From an uncultured Hyphomonas sp. (GTDB taxonomy: Bacteria; Pseudomonadota; Alphaproteobacteria; Caulobacterales; Hyphomonadaceae), in NCBI RefSeq assembly GCF_963678875.2, contig NZ_CAXXRR010000002.1, positions 702,227-766,226 of the forward strand: a stretch of DNA of 64,000 nucleotides, read 5' to 3'. Below are positions 38,746 through 49,254 of the stretch, one piece after another. Each line of letters starts with the position of its first letter. The first letter of the stretch is position 1. The notes below the pieces were generated by a model that was given only the letters and a program-made list of their open reading frames with translations, did not search any database and was not told the origin of the DNA. The translations under genes and the position numbers were made by a program.

Positions 38746-40671
38746 CTATTTGTCCGCGCCGCCGAACTCGCCAGCCGCGTGGACCTGATCGCGGAATGAT
38801 TTCTTTTCCACATCGCAGAGCATCCTGTTGGAATTGATCGTGGCGAGTGTTGTGGGGGAGCGAAGTGTTTCACCGTCTCCCGCCACGCAGGCAATCTTGA
38901 TGGTGTGCCGGTCTTTGCCGAGGTCGATGGTGCGGCTCATCACACGGGTTTCACCGTCGTTCAGATTGACATCGCGGCATGACTTCACCAACTCGTCGAG
39001 GGCATCGGACGTTGCTTCCATCCGGCTTTCGAAGGCGGGGCCGAATTTGTCGCCGACCAGGGTTTCCAGCTTGAGGGATTTTGCTTCGAGGCTCGCTTCG
39101 AGCGCCTGCGTCATCCGTTCGATTTCCGGTTCCATGTCCTTCTCATGGGCGCTGGCCCGGGCCTCGTACGCAGCCGAAACGCTTTCTGCGCGCTTCTCGA
39201 TGTCATTGCCCCATGTTTCCCATTTGCGGCCCCAGGCTTCCCAGTCCTGCTCGGACATCGCGCCATCCATGCCTGGGACATCGATGTTCACATGGATGTC
39301 GTTCAGATCTTGCATGAGGGCCTGGAAATCGGCGTCGTCTTCCGGAGAGAAGGCGGGCATGTTGGCGGTGAACCCGGCCACGATCTGGCTGATCTGGTTG
39401 CCTTCCTCGGTCATCTCCCGGCTGAGGCGGCTGATTTCGGCATTGAACTCCGGTCCGGGGGCGAGGCCTTCGAAAGGTTCGCCGAGGACGATGATGCGGC
39501 GATCGGGGATGAGCTTGCCATCGAGATAGACGGTGCCGCTTTCCATCTGGAGGGCGCGGTGCTCAAGTTCACCTGCATTGGCCGGTACGGACGAGGTTGC
39601 GATCAGGGCGGCCGCACCAAGAATAGCGGTCGCTGTTCCACCGGCGAGGCGGCGGGTGCGGGTTGGCGCCGGTTGCGTCATGCGGCTGAGGCGCTCTTTC
39701 AGGGCATGGGCCAGCGGCAGGCCGGCCCCGGCGGGCAGGCGCTCCTGCGAGGCAGACTTCACCGCCTTGATCAGCGTGGCGCCGTAGGCATGCGGTGACG
39801 CAGTGCCGGTCTTCAGCACATCCGCATCACAGGCGGCTTCCTGGTCTGTGCGGAAGGCGCGGTGAGCGTAATAGGCCAGCGGGTTGAACCACATACAGGC
39901 GATGAAAACCTCGGCCAGCAGCAAGGCCCACAGGTCGCCGCGGCGGACATGGGTCAGCTCATGGGCGATCGCGGCGCGCTGCTGGGTGTCGTCATAATCC
40001 ATCTCGAACCAGGCCGGCAGCAGGACCACCGGGCGGGCGAGGCCGGTCACGAGCGGGCCGGACGAGATGAAGCTGGACGCAATCACCGGCAGGCGCTTCA
40101 GGCCGACCTGCGCGCTGACTTGCTGCGCAACGCGCTGCAGGCGTGGTGAGACGTTCATGGCTTCGCGTTTGACGGTCTGCATGAACACATGCTGGCGCCA
40201 CAGGCTGAGGCCGAAAGCGAAGAGGGCTCCGCCTGCCCAGACGAGGAACAGGCCTGGCACCAGCACGTCAGACAAAATGTCCGCCAGGGAGTGCGACGGG
40301 ACCAGACCGCCCGCAATCGCGCTGTCCGCAAGAGGTGGGGCGGGCAGGGCGGCCGGGGCAGGCGAAGAAGCGGCAAGCATCGGCAGAACGGCTTCCGGTG
40401 CGGCGGTGATGGCAAGGGCGCCCGCCGGTTCTGCGGCGTCCGAGGGCGCCGAGCGGGGCAGGCCCAGAAGCGGCATCAGCGACACCGGGATCTGCAGCGG
40501 CGGCAGGACCAGACGCGCCAGCGGAAGGGCCCACAGGGCATAGGCGACGCCGGCGCCGAAATGCTTCGCGACAGGTTTGCGCGCAACCAGCACCAGCGCG
40601 ATCAGGACCGAGACGGCCAGAACGGTCTGCAGGGCGGATGTCATGTCAGGAAGGAAGGTCAGGCCGCTCAT
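38746..40671 (-). CDS. M56 family metallopeptidase (BlaR1-like sensor) with non-penicillin-binding C-terminus
   Basis: YALWALP, GPLVTGLARPVVLLP, HELTH zinc motif, WFNPL and EAACD; immediately downstream of a BlaI-like gene. Confidence 0.9.
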   Translation of the reverse strand: MSGLTFLPDMTSALQTVLAVSVLIALVLVARKPVAKHFGAGVAYALWALPLARLVLPPLQIPVSLMPLLGLPRSAPSDAAEPAGALAITAAPEAVLPMLAASSPAPAALPAPPLADSAIAGGLVPSHSLADILSDVLVPGLFLVWAGGALFAFGLSLWRQHVFMQTVKREAMNVSPRLQRVAQQVSAQVGLKRLPVIASSFISSGPLVTGLARPVVLLPAWFEMDYDDTQQRAAIAHELTHVRRGDLWALLLAEVFIACMWFNPLAYYAHRAFRTDQEAACDADVLKTGTASPHAYGATLIKAVKSASQERLPAGAGLPLAHALKERLSRMTQPAPTRTRRLAGGTATAILGAAALIATSSVPANAGELEHRALQMESGTVYLDGKLIPDRRIIVLGEPFEGLAPGPEFNAEISRLSREMTEEGNQISQIVAGFTANMPAFSPEDDADFQALMQDLNDIHVNIDVPGMDGAMSEQDWEAWGRKWETWGNDIEKRAESVSAAYEARASAHEKDMEPEIERMTQALEASLEAKSLKLETLVGDKFGPAFESRMEATSDALDELVKSCRDVNLNDGETRVMSRTIDLGKDRHTIKIACVAGDGETLRSPTTLATINSNRMLCDVEKKSFRDQVHAAGEFGGADK

Positions 40672-41030
40672 TTCTTCAGGTCCCCCAGCAGGCGTTCAAG
40701 TTCTTCGATGTCTTCCGGTGTCAGGCCGCGCGTGTCGGCGAGGTGTGCGACCAGCGGGGCGGCGCGGCCGGAGAAGACGCGGTCCACGAACTGGCCCGCG
40801 GCCTTTGCCTTGTAGGCGCCCTCTTCGATGATCGGATAATAGAGGTAACGGCGTCCGTCTTCTTCGGTCCGGAGCGCGCCTTTCTCGACCAGGCGGGCCA
40901 GCAGGGTTTTCACCGTGCGGCTGGTCCAGTCTTTCTCATCTCCCAGGGCCTCATGAACATCGGATGCGGCGAGGCCCGGCGATTGCCAGAGCACGCTCAT
41001 CACGTCGAGTTCGGCGGCGGAAATTTTCAT
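40668..41030 (-). CDS. BlaI/MecI/CopY family repressor
   Basis: ISAAELDVMSVLW, WTSRTVKTLLARLVEKG and FVDRVFSG. Confidence 0.93.
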   Translation of the reverse strand: MKISAAELDVMSVLWQSPGLAASDVHEALGDEKDWTSRTVKTLLARLVEKGALRTEEDGRRYLYYPIIEEGAYKAKAAGQFVDRVFSGRAAPLVAHLADTRGLTPEDIEELERLLGDLKK

Positions 41031-41049
41031 CTCGGGGACTCTCCGGTAA

Positions 41050-41090
41050 GACTACGGATGTGGTCATAAGATATGACTACAAACGTGGTC
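41050..41090. promoter_or_regulatory. Tandem BlaI-type operators
   Basis: GACTAC-ggat-GTGGTC (41050-41065) and GACTAC-aaac-GTGGTC (41075-41090). Imperfect palindromes with a 25-bp period, 20 bp upstream of the repressor start. Confidence 0.75.
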
Positions 41091-41237
41091 AATGGGATTC
41101 TTCGAAGACTCGCGTGACAAGTTCGTAAGGTCAGGTTTTGATGCGCGCTCCTGCGTGTGCGGCTTCAATTCCGTCGAGCGCTCCTGTAGGAGAAATGGAA
41201 GGTCCCGGGGCCGGGGTCAGAGTGAGGGTAAAGGTAG

Positions 41238-41984
41238 ATGAACCGAAGGATGCTGGGAGCGCTGAGCCTGGCGCTTCTCACGGCAGGCTGTGCTGAAACC
41301 GGCACAAGCGGCGAGTTTGGCCGCGTACTGGGAGAGGTCCTTGGTTCCGCCACCACACCTGACGCCCAGGGCGCATTGAGTGTTGCCGAGATCGATGCGG
41401 GCCTGCGCGAAGCCTTGACGGTCGGCACCAATCTGGTCGCCAGCCAGCTGGGTCAGGCCAATGGCTATTATGGCGATCCGAAAATCCGTATCCCGCTTCC
41501 CAAGACCTACCGGACCATCCAGACCAATCTTGCCAAAGTCGGTGCCAGCGGCCCGCTGGATGACCTTGAGCTGCGCATGAACCGCGCGGCAGAGGATTCG
41601 GTGCCGGAAGCGCAGGCGCTGATTCTCGGCGCGATCCGCAACATGACGATCAGTGATGCGCTGAACATCCTGAATGGCGGGGATACGGCGGCGACCGATT
41701 ACCTGCGTTCCAGAACCGAAACCCAGTTGCGCGCGGCCTTCACGCCCTATGCCCGCGATGCCTTGTCAAAGTCCGGTGCTTTCACGGCGATGGAAAGCGT
41801 GGCCGGCCAGTATGGCGCTGGCGGAATCACGTCCAGCCTGCAGGCCGACCTGACCAATCATGCGGTGGACTACGGCCTCGACGGCATTTTCCTCTATGTC
41901 GCTGAAGAAGAGAAGAAGATCCGGGAGAACCCGGTTGCGCGAACCACGGAGCTGCTGCGGCGCGTATTCGGGAATCGCGGCTGA
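41238..41984 (+). CDS. DUF4197 family lipoprotein
   Basis: Lipobox TAGC; GLREAL, MNRAAE, DALNILNGGDTAATDYL and EEEKKIRENP. Confidence 0.88.
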   Translation: MNRRMLGALSLALLTAGCAETGTSGEFGRVLGEVLGSATTPDAQGALSVAEIDAGLREALTVGTNLVASQLGQANGYYGDPKIRIPLPKTYRTIQTNLAKVGASGPLDDLELRMNRAAEDSVPEAQALILGAIRNMTISDALNILNGGDTAATDYLRSRTETQLRAAFTPYARDALSKSGAFTAMESVAGQYGAGGITSSLQADLTNHAVDYGLDGIFLYVAEEEKKIRENPVARTTELLRRVFGNRG

Positions 41985-42961
41985 TGCGTCGATTTGCAAC
42001 TGAGATGAAAGCCGGTGGCAAGCTGGCCGGGATCGAGTTCGGCGATCCGATCAAACCATTCGCAGCTGTCTGGATCCACGCCACGGGCTTCAATGCCATG
42101 ACCTACCAGTCCTTGCTGGCGCCGCTGGGCCTTCGCCAGCGTGTCGCGGCGCTGGACATGCGCGGCCATGGCTGTTCGACCATGCCGGCAAAGCCCGGCC
42201 GCCTGAAATCCTGGCACCGTTACCGCGACGATGTGATCGAGTGGCTGGAGAAGGAAGCACCGCAAGGCGTCGTGCTGAGCGGACACTCCATGGGTGCGAC
42301 CGTCGCGCTGCTGGTGGCCGGAAAACGGCCGGACCTGGTAAAGGGACTTGTGCTGGCAGATCCGGTGATCATGCCGCGGGTCTATTATTTCTGGAAACAT
42401 GTCTTCCCGCCGGTCACCTGGATCGCGAACCGGAACATGCTGGCGCGCGGTGCGAAGAAGCGGCGGGCGGAATTTCCGTCATTCCGCGAGGCGCTGGAAT
42501 CCTACACCGGCCGGGGCGCATTCACGACCTGGCGCGAGCCTTTCCTGGCAGATTACCTGCTCGACGGGATCGACCGGGTGGATCACAACAGTGCCCAGAG
42601 TGAAGAACAGGTCTGGCGTCTGACCTGCGATCCGAAATGGGAGTCGGCGACCTTCGCCGCCCAGCGGAACCAGCCATGGCGCGCCTTGCGGAAAGTGCGC
42701 AAGCACAAGATTCCGATCATTGTGCTGCGGCCGAACCGGTCCTCGGTGATTTCCCCGAAAGTGCGGGCACAGATCATCCTGATGAACCAGGCCCTGATGA
42801 TGAAGGGCGTGCGCGGGACAACCCACTTCCTGCCCATGGAAGCGCCTTATGAAGTGCGCGATGCGCTGTCCGCCTTCATTGCGCGGCTGGTCGAGCGGTT
42901 CACGCTGGAAGAGGATTCGGACGTGTCCCGGTCCCTCAGCATCCGCCGCCGCAGGGCATAG
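41984..42961 (+). CDS. Alpha/beta fold hydrolase
   Basis: HATGF, DMRGHG, GHSMG nucleophile and THFLPME. Confidence 0.88.
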   Translation: MRRFATEMKAGGKLAGIEFGDPIKPFAAVWIHATGFNAMTYQSLLAPLGLRQRVAALDMRGHGCSTMPAKPGRLKSWHRYRDDVIEWLEKEAPQGVVLSGHSMGATVALLVAGKRPDLVKGLVLADPVIMPRVYYFWKHVFPPVTWIANRNMLARGAKKRRAEFPSFREALESYTGRGAFTTWREPFLADYLLDGIDRVDHNSAQSEEQVWRLTCDPKWESATFAAQRNQPWRALRKVRKHKIPIIVLRPNRSSVISPKVRAQIILMNQALMMKGVRGTTHFLPMEAPYEVRDALSAFIARLVERFTLEEDSDVSRSLSIRRRRA

Positions 42962-42970
42962 GTTCGGCTG

Positions 42971-43438
42971 TTACCAGAGCGGGCGGTCCGGCGAGGCCGA
43001 TTGGGCGAGCTTTTCCATCAGGCGGGTCAGCTCCTGACGTTCTTCCGGCGTCAGCACGGATTCCAGTGCCTGTTCTTCCGAAATCGCCATCGGCACGATG
43101 TCATCGTAAACGGCCTGTCCGGCAGGCGTGAGGAACAGCATTGAGCGCCTTGCGTCCTCCTCGGAGGATTTCCGTTCCAGATAACCGACCTCGATCAGCC
43201 CGGCGACGGCCCGGCTGACGGCCACCTTGTCCATCGCCGTGCGCTGGCCGATCTCGGTGGCACTGATGCCCGGCGCATCGCCGGTCACCGCCATGACGCG
43301 CCATTGCCAGATCGAGAGGCCGAATTCGCGATCATAGATATCTGCGATCCGCCGCGAAATCGTGTTGGACAGCACGGACAGCCGGTAGGGCAGGAATTCG
43401 CGCAGTCTTAGCTGAGGTGTCCGGGAAGGGTCGGGCAT
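42971..43438 (-). CDS. MarR family regulator (likely regulator of the hppD cluster)
   Basis: FLPYRLSVL, WRVM, MDKVAVSRAV and DARRS; divergent from hppD. Confidence 0.9.
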   Translation of the reverse strand: MPDPSRTPQLRLREFLPYRLSVLSNTISRRIADIYDREFGLSIWQWRVMAVTGDAPGISATEIGQRTAMDKVAVSRAVAGLIEVGYLERKSSEEDARRSMLFLTPAGQAVYDDIVPMAISEEQALESVLTPEERQELTRLMEKLAQSASPDRPLW

Positions 43439-43474
43439 GGCGGGTCCATTCGTGCTTGCCTTGGAGGCAATAAA

Positions 43475-43492
43475 TAGTTACATATGAAACTA
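43475..43492. promoter_or_regulatory. Putative MarR operator
   Basis: TAGTTACAT|ATGAAACTA, an 18-bp palindrome with one mismatch, in the AT-rich divergent promoter. Confidence 0.7.
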
Positions 43493-43522
43493 AATCTGAT
43501 TAACGTAATACGGAGAGAACCC

Positions 43523-44614
43523 ATGGCCGACCTGTTTGACAACCCTGCAGGCCTCGACGGATTCGAGTTCATCGAGTTTTCCGCGCCTGAAAAAGGCGTG
43601 CTGGAGCCTGTTTTCGAAACCATGGGTTTCACGAAAGTGGCCCGTCATCGCTCGAAAGACGTGGAGCTTTGGCGTCAGGGTGGCATCAACCTGATCACCA
43701 ATTACGAGCCGAAATCCGCCGCCTGGTATTTCTCGCGCGAGCACGGGCCCTCGGCCTGTGGCATGGGCTTTCGCGTGCGCGATGCCCGCAAGGCCTACAA
43801 GCATCTGCTGGAGCAGGGGGCTGAGCCGGTGCACGTCCAGACAGGCCCGATGGAGCTGCACATTCCCGGCATCCGCGGCATCGGCAATTCGATCATCTAC
43901 CTGATCGACCGGTATGGCGAAGAGCTGGACATCTATGACATCGACTTCGAATACCTGCCGGACGTCGAGAAGCATCCTGTCGGCGCGGGCTTCACCCTGA
44001 TCGACCACCTGACGCACAACGTCTATGGCGGGCGGATGAAGTACTGGGCGGACTTCTATGAGAAGCTCTTCAACTTCCAGGAAATCCGCTATTTCGACAT
44101 CAAGGGCGAATATACCGGCCTCACCTCCAAGGCACTGACGGCGCCGGACGGCAAGATCCGAATCCCGCTGAATGAAGAAGGCAAGAGCGGCGGCGGCCAG
44201 ATCGAGGAATTCCTGCGGGAGTTCAACGGCGAAGGCATCCAGCACATCGCCCTCATCTGTGACGACCTCTATGCCTGCTATGACAGCCTGAAACAGAAGG
44301 GCGTGCCCTTCATGACGGCCCCGCCGGCCGCCTATTACGACATGCTGGACGAGCGCCTGCCGGGCCATGGCGAAGATGTCGAGGGGCTCAAATCCCGCGG
44401 GCTCCTGCTGGATGGCACGACCGAAGGCGGCCAACCGCGCCTCCTGCTGCAGATCTTCGCGCAGGCGGAAGTCGGCCCGGTCTTCTTCGAGTTCATCCAG
44501 CGCAAGGGCGACTACAAGGAAGGCTTTGGCGAAGGCAACTTCAAGGCCTTGTTTGAATCCATGGAACGTGACCAGATTCAGCGAGGTGCATTGAAGGTCG
44601 AAGAGGACGCATGA
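43523..44614 (+). CDS. hppD: 4-hydroxyphenylpyruvate dioxygenase
   Basis: [34 protein letters not shown] and [14 protein letters not shown]. Confidence 0.97.
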   Translation: MADLFDNPAGLDGFEFIEFSAPEKGVLEPVFETMGFTKVARHRSKDVELWRQGGINLITNYEPKSAAWYFSREHGPSACGMGFRVRDARKAYKHLLEQGAEPVHVQTGPMELHIPGIRGIGNSIIYLIDRYGEELDIYDIDFEYLPDVEKHPVGAGFTLIDHLTHNVYGGRMKYWADFYEKLFNFQEIRYFDIKGEYTGLTSKALTAPDGKIRIPLNEEGKSGGGQIEEFLREFNGEGIQHIALICDDLYACYDSLKQKGVPFMTAPPAAYYDMLDERLPGHGEDVEGLKSRGLLLDGTTEGGQPRLLLQIFAQAEVGPVFFEFIQRKGDYKEGFGEGNFKALFESMERDQIQRGALKVEEDA

Positions 44615-44811
44615 GCGAGCCGAACAAGAAATTTGAACTGTCCCCGGTCGGCGAAGGCCTGATCGGGGCCGTGGCGGGCACGGTTGTCGGCGTCATTCTC
44701 TGGCGCATCGGCGTGATCTCCGCCCCGGCCATTCCGGGCGTCACGCTGGGCCTCGGAATCGGCAGCTGGTTCAACGCATGGCGGCGCGCGAAGAACGCCG
44801 CAAAGGACTAA
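44611..44811 (+). CDS. Small two-TM membrane protein
   Basis: ATGA overlap with the hppD stop; 66 aa with two Gly-rich hydrophobic segments. Confidence 0.6.
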   Translation: MSEPNKKFELSPVGEGLIGAVAGTVVGVILWRIGVISAPAIPGVTLGLGIGSWFNAWRRAKNAAKD

Positions 44812-44825
44812 AAGGGAGATCCCAA

Positions 44826-45377
44826 ATGACATCACCCGCACATTTGAAAGGCGTCCACCACGTGGCCTATCGCTGCAAGGATGCGAAAGAGACGGTCGAG
44901 TTCTACCGTGATGCCCTCGGCATGGATTTCCAGCTGGCCATCGCGGAGGACCATGTGCCGTCGACCGGCGCCTATGATCCGTACATGCACATTTTCCTCG
45001 ATGCCGGGAACGGCAATGTGCTGGCCTTCTTCGAACTGCCGCAGCAGCCGGACATGGGCCGCGACGAGAACACGCCCGCCTGGGTGCAGCATATCGCGTT
45101 CCGCGTCGGCTCGCTTGAAGAGCTGATGGAAACCAAGGCGCACCTTGAAGGCATGGGCCTCGACGTGCTCGGCCCGACGCATCACGGCATCTTCAAGTCG
45201 ATCTATTTCTTCGACCCCAACGGCCACCGCATCGAACTTGCCGCCGACATCGGCACGCCGGAGCAGATGGCACAGCTGAAGAGCGTGGCCGAACCGATGA
45301 TCGAGGAATGGACCGCCACCAAGAAAGCCCCCCGCCATGCCGCCTGGCTACACGAGAAAATCGCGGAAGAAAGCTGA
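44826..45377 (+). CDS. VOC (glyoxalase/dioxygenase) family protein
   Basis: HHVAY, YMHIF, LAFFE, QHIAF and SIYFFDPNGHRIEL; RBS GGGAG upstream. Confidence 0.9.
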   Translation: MTSPAHLKGVHHVAYRCKDAKETVEFYRDALGMDFQLAIAEDHVPSTGAYDPYMHIFLDAGNGNVLAFFELPQQPDMGRDENTPAWVQHIAFRVGSLEELMETKAHLEGMGLDVLGPTHHGIFKSIYFFDPNGHRIELAADIGTPEQMAQLKSVAEPMIEEWTATKKAPRHAAWLHEKIAEES

Positions 45378-45380
45378 TTC

Positions 45381-46394
45381 ATGAAACTCGCTACTCTTAA
45401 GAATGGCGCCCGTGACGGGCGTCTTGTTGTCGTCTCGAAGGACCTGACGCGCGCCACCGATGCCGCGTCGATCGCGCCGACCCTGCAGGCGGCGCTGGAC
45501 GACTGGGCGCACACCGCGCCGCGCCTGCAGCAGCTGGCCGAACAGGTGGAGCTGGGCAGCGTCCCCACATTCCGGTTCCACGAGCATGACTGCGAAAGCC
45601 CGCTGCCGCGTGCCTATCAGTGGGCGGACGGCTCGGCCTATATCAATCACGTCGAACTGGTGCGCAAAGCGCGCGGCGCGGAAGTGCCGGAAAGCTTTTA
45701 TGACGATCCGTTGATGTACCAGGGCGGAAGTGACGCGTTCCTCGGCCCCCGCGATGCGATCCCGCTCGGCGATGTCGCCTGGGGCTGTGACATGGAAGGG
45801 GAGGTCGCCGTCATCACCGACGACGTGCCCATGGGCGTCTCCGAGTCCGATGCGGCCGGCCACATCAAACTGATCATGCTGTGCAATGACGTGTCCCTGC
45901 GCGGGCTGATCCCCGGCGAACTCGCCAAGGGCTTCGGCTTCTTCCAGTCCAAACCGCCGAGCGCCTTCACGCCGGTGGCCGTGACGCCGGACGAACTGGG
46001 CGATGCGTGGAAAGGCAGCGTCATTCATCTGCCGCTGCATGTGGACTATAATGGCCAGCCCTTCGGCCGCGCCAATGCAGGCGTCGATGCCACGTTCAGC
46101 CTCGCGCGCCTCGTGGCCCATGCCGCGAAGACACGGCCTCTCACCGCAGGCACGGTCATCGGCTCAGGCACTGTGTCCAACAAGGATGCCGATGGCGGGG
46201 CAGGCAAGCCGGTCAGCGAGGGCGGGCTCGGCTATTCCTGCATTGCCGAGATCCGCATGATCGAAACCATTGCGGACGGCGCCCCGAAAACCCCCTTCAT
46301 GAAGCCCGGTGATACGGTGCGGATGGAGATGCTGGACAAGGCCGGACACTCGATTTTCGGGGCCATCGAACAGACCGTCGAAGCAACCGGATAA
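45381..46394 (+). CDS. Fumarylacetoacetate hydrolase family protein
   Basis: MKLATLKNGARDG, DMEGEVAVI, NDVSLR, GFFQSKP and IGSGTVSN. Confidence 0.9.
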   Translation: MKLATLKNGARDGRLVVVSKDLTRATDAASIAPTLQAALDDWAHTAPRLQQLAEQVELGSVPTFRFHEHDCESPLPRAYQWADGSAYINHVELVRKARGAEVPESFYDDPLMYQGGSDAFLGPRDAIPLGDVAWGCDMEGEVAVITDDVPMGVSESDAAGHIKLIMLCNDVSLRGLIPGELAKGFGFFQSKPPSAFTPVAVTPDELGDAWKGSVIHLPLHVDYNGQPFGRANAGVDATFSLARLVAHAAKTRPLTAGTVIGSGTVSNKDADGGAGKPVSEGGLGYSCIAEIRMIETIADGAPKTPFMKPGDTVRMEMLDKAGHSIFGAIEQTVEATG

Positions 46395-46566
46395 TTCCGG
46401 ATTTGCCGTCTTGTTTTCCTCCGGCGCCTGTGTTTCAACGCTTGTTGAAATTTTGGGGCCGGGAAGCAGTTCGGCCCGCCTCGAAATGTGATACGAAAAA
46501 GGAAAGCGCAGCCGGGCAGGATAGGTCTGCCGGGGCGTCCAAGTCAGGGAGCGACAGGACCTGTCC

Positions 46567-47273
<707 letters not shown>

Positions 47274-47274
<1 letters not shown>

Positions 47275-47903
47275 TGCCCTGGACACGCGATGAAATGGCG
47301 GCGCGCGCCGCAAAAGAACTGCATGACGGTTTCTATGTGAACCTCGGCATTGGCATCCCCACGCTTGTGGCGAACCACATTCCGGAAGACATGGACGTCA
47401 CGCTCCAGTCCGAGAACGGCATGCTGGGCATGGGCCCGTTCCCGTTCGAGGGCGAAGAAGACGCTGACCTGATCAATGCCGGCAAGCAGACGATCACGAC
47501 GCTGCCGCGCACGAGCTTCTTCGACAGCGCGACCAGCTTCGCGATGATCCGCGGCGGTCACATCAACATCGCCATCCTCGGCGCGATGGAAGTGGCCGAG
47601 AATGGCGACATCGCCAACTGGATGATCCCCGGCAAGCTGGTCAAAGGCATGGGCGGGGCGATGGACCTCGTCGCCGGTGTGAAGCGCATCGTTGTGGTGA
47701 TGGATCACAGCAACAAGAAGGGCGAGACGAAAGTGCTGAAGGCCTGCACCCTGCCGCTGACCGGCAAGGGCGTGGTGAACCGCATCATCACCGACCTCTG
47801 CGTCTTCGACGTCGTCGAAGGCGGCCTGAAAGTGATCGAGCTCGCACCCGGCGTGTCCTTGCAGGACGTGAAGGAAAACACCGAAGCCACGATCGTCGGC
47901 TAA
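47274..47903 (+). CDS. scoB: 3-oxoacid CoA-transferase subunit B
   Basis: NLGIGIP, catalytic SENG and GMGGAMDL. Confidence 0.93.
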
Positions 47904-47961
47904 GACCAAGTATCGTACGTTGAGGATTGAATCCGGACACGCTCCGGACTAGGCCTTCGCC

Positions 47962-49158
47962 ATGACTTCTGCATTCTCTCCGCTATCGCCCCTTCCGCCA
48001 GACGCTCTGCTCGGCCTGATGACTGCATTCCGCGAGGATGACCGGGCCGAGAAGTTCGATCTCGGCGTCGGCGTCTACAAGGACGACCAGGGCAATACGC
48101 CTGTCATGTCGGCTGTGGCGAAGGCCGAAGCGCTGATGCTGCAGCGGCAGACGACGAAGGTTTATGAAGGCCCGCGCGGGAACGTCGATTTCTGCGCCGC
48201 CATCGAGGACTTTGTCTTCGGTGTGGGCGCTGCCGTCCGCAAGGAAGGACGCACGCTGTCCTTCACCGCGCCGGGCGGTTGCGGCGCGCTCTCGCTGGGC
48301 GTCGGCCTGATGCGCCGCCTCGGTGTGAAGAAGGTCTGGGTGTCCGACCCGACCTGGCCGAACCATCCCAAAGTCGTGCAGTCGGCAGGCCTCACGGCCG
48401 GCAGCTACCGCTATGCCGATCCGGAGACCGGCACGGCCGACCGCGCGGCCATGCTCGAAGACCTCGCCAGGGCAGAGCGCGGCGACGGCGTCATCGTGCA
48501 GGGGCCTTGCCACAACCCGACCGGCATCGACCTGACGCTGGACGACTGGCGCACGCTCGGCGCGTTCGTGAAGGAACGCGGCCTGATTGTCATGCTGGAC
48601 GTTGCGTATCACGGCTTCGCCCATGGCCTGGACAAGGATATCGCTGGCGTCCGCGCCTTTATCGATGCAGCGGGCGAGGCGCTGATCTCCTATTCCTGCT
48701 CCAAGAATTTCGGCCTCTACCGCGAGCGGGCAGGCTGCTTCCTCGCCGTCGGTGAGACGGCGGACGGCATCGCGGCGGCGACCACCCATGTGGCGGACAT
48801 TTCCCGTGCGACGTGGTCCATGCCGCCGGCGCATGGCGCAGGCATTGTGGCGACCATCCTTGGCGATGCCGCTCTGCGCGCTGAATGGGAAGCAGAGCTG
48901 ACGTCGATGCGGGAGCGGATGATCTCGCTGCGCAAGGCGCTCTCGGGTGAACTGGTGCAGCGGACCGGTTCGAACCTGCTCGCCAGCCTCGCGACGCAGA
49001 ACGGCATGTTCAGCCAGCTGCCGGTTACGCCTGAAGGCGCGAAAGCCCTGCGCGAGGAAAGCGGCCTCTACATGCCAGGCTCGGGCCGCATCAATATTGC
49101 GGGCCTGAACCAGAAGGACATCCCGCGCATCGCCGAAATCATCGCGACCGCGCTTTAG
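47962..49158 (+). CDS. Aromatic/aspartate aminotransferase, class I (TyrB/AspC-like)
   Basis: DLGVGVYKD, CHNPTG, DVAYHGF, SCSKNFGLYRER and GRINIAG. Confidence 0.93.
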   Translation: MTSAFSPLSPLPPDALLGLMTAFREDDRAEKFDLGVGVYKDDQGNTPVMSAVAKAEALMLQRQTTKVYEGPRGNVDFCAAIEDFVFGVGAAVRKEGRTLSFTAPGGCGALSLGVGLMRRLGVKKVWVSDPTWPNHPKVVQSAGLTAGSYRYADPETGTADRAAMLEDLARAERGDGVIVQGPCHNPTGIDLTLDDWRTLGAFVKERGLIVMLDVAYHGFAHGLDKDIAGVRAFIDAAGEALISYSCSKNFGLYRERAGCFLAVGETADGIAAATTHVADISRATWSMPPAHGAGIVATILGDAALRAEWEAELTSMRERMISLRKALSGELVQRTGSNLLASLATQNGMFSQLPVTPEGAKALREESGLYMPGSGRINIAGLNQKDIPRIAEIIATAL

Positions 49159-49171
49159 AGCCGCGCGCCTG

Positions 49172-49232
49172 CTTCGACTTCGCTCAGCATGAGCGCTCCG
49201 AAAGTGCGGACTCATCCTGAGCGAAGTCGAAG
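49172..49232. repeat. REP-like palindromic element
   Basis: 22-bp inverted repeat CTTCGACTTCGCTCAGcATGAG / CTCATcCTGAGCGAAGTCGAAG (one mismatch) around a 17-nt spacer, between convergent genes. Confidence 0.75.
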
Positions 49233-49254
49233 GATGATGCGGCAGCTCTCCAGG

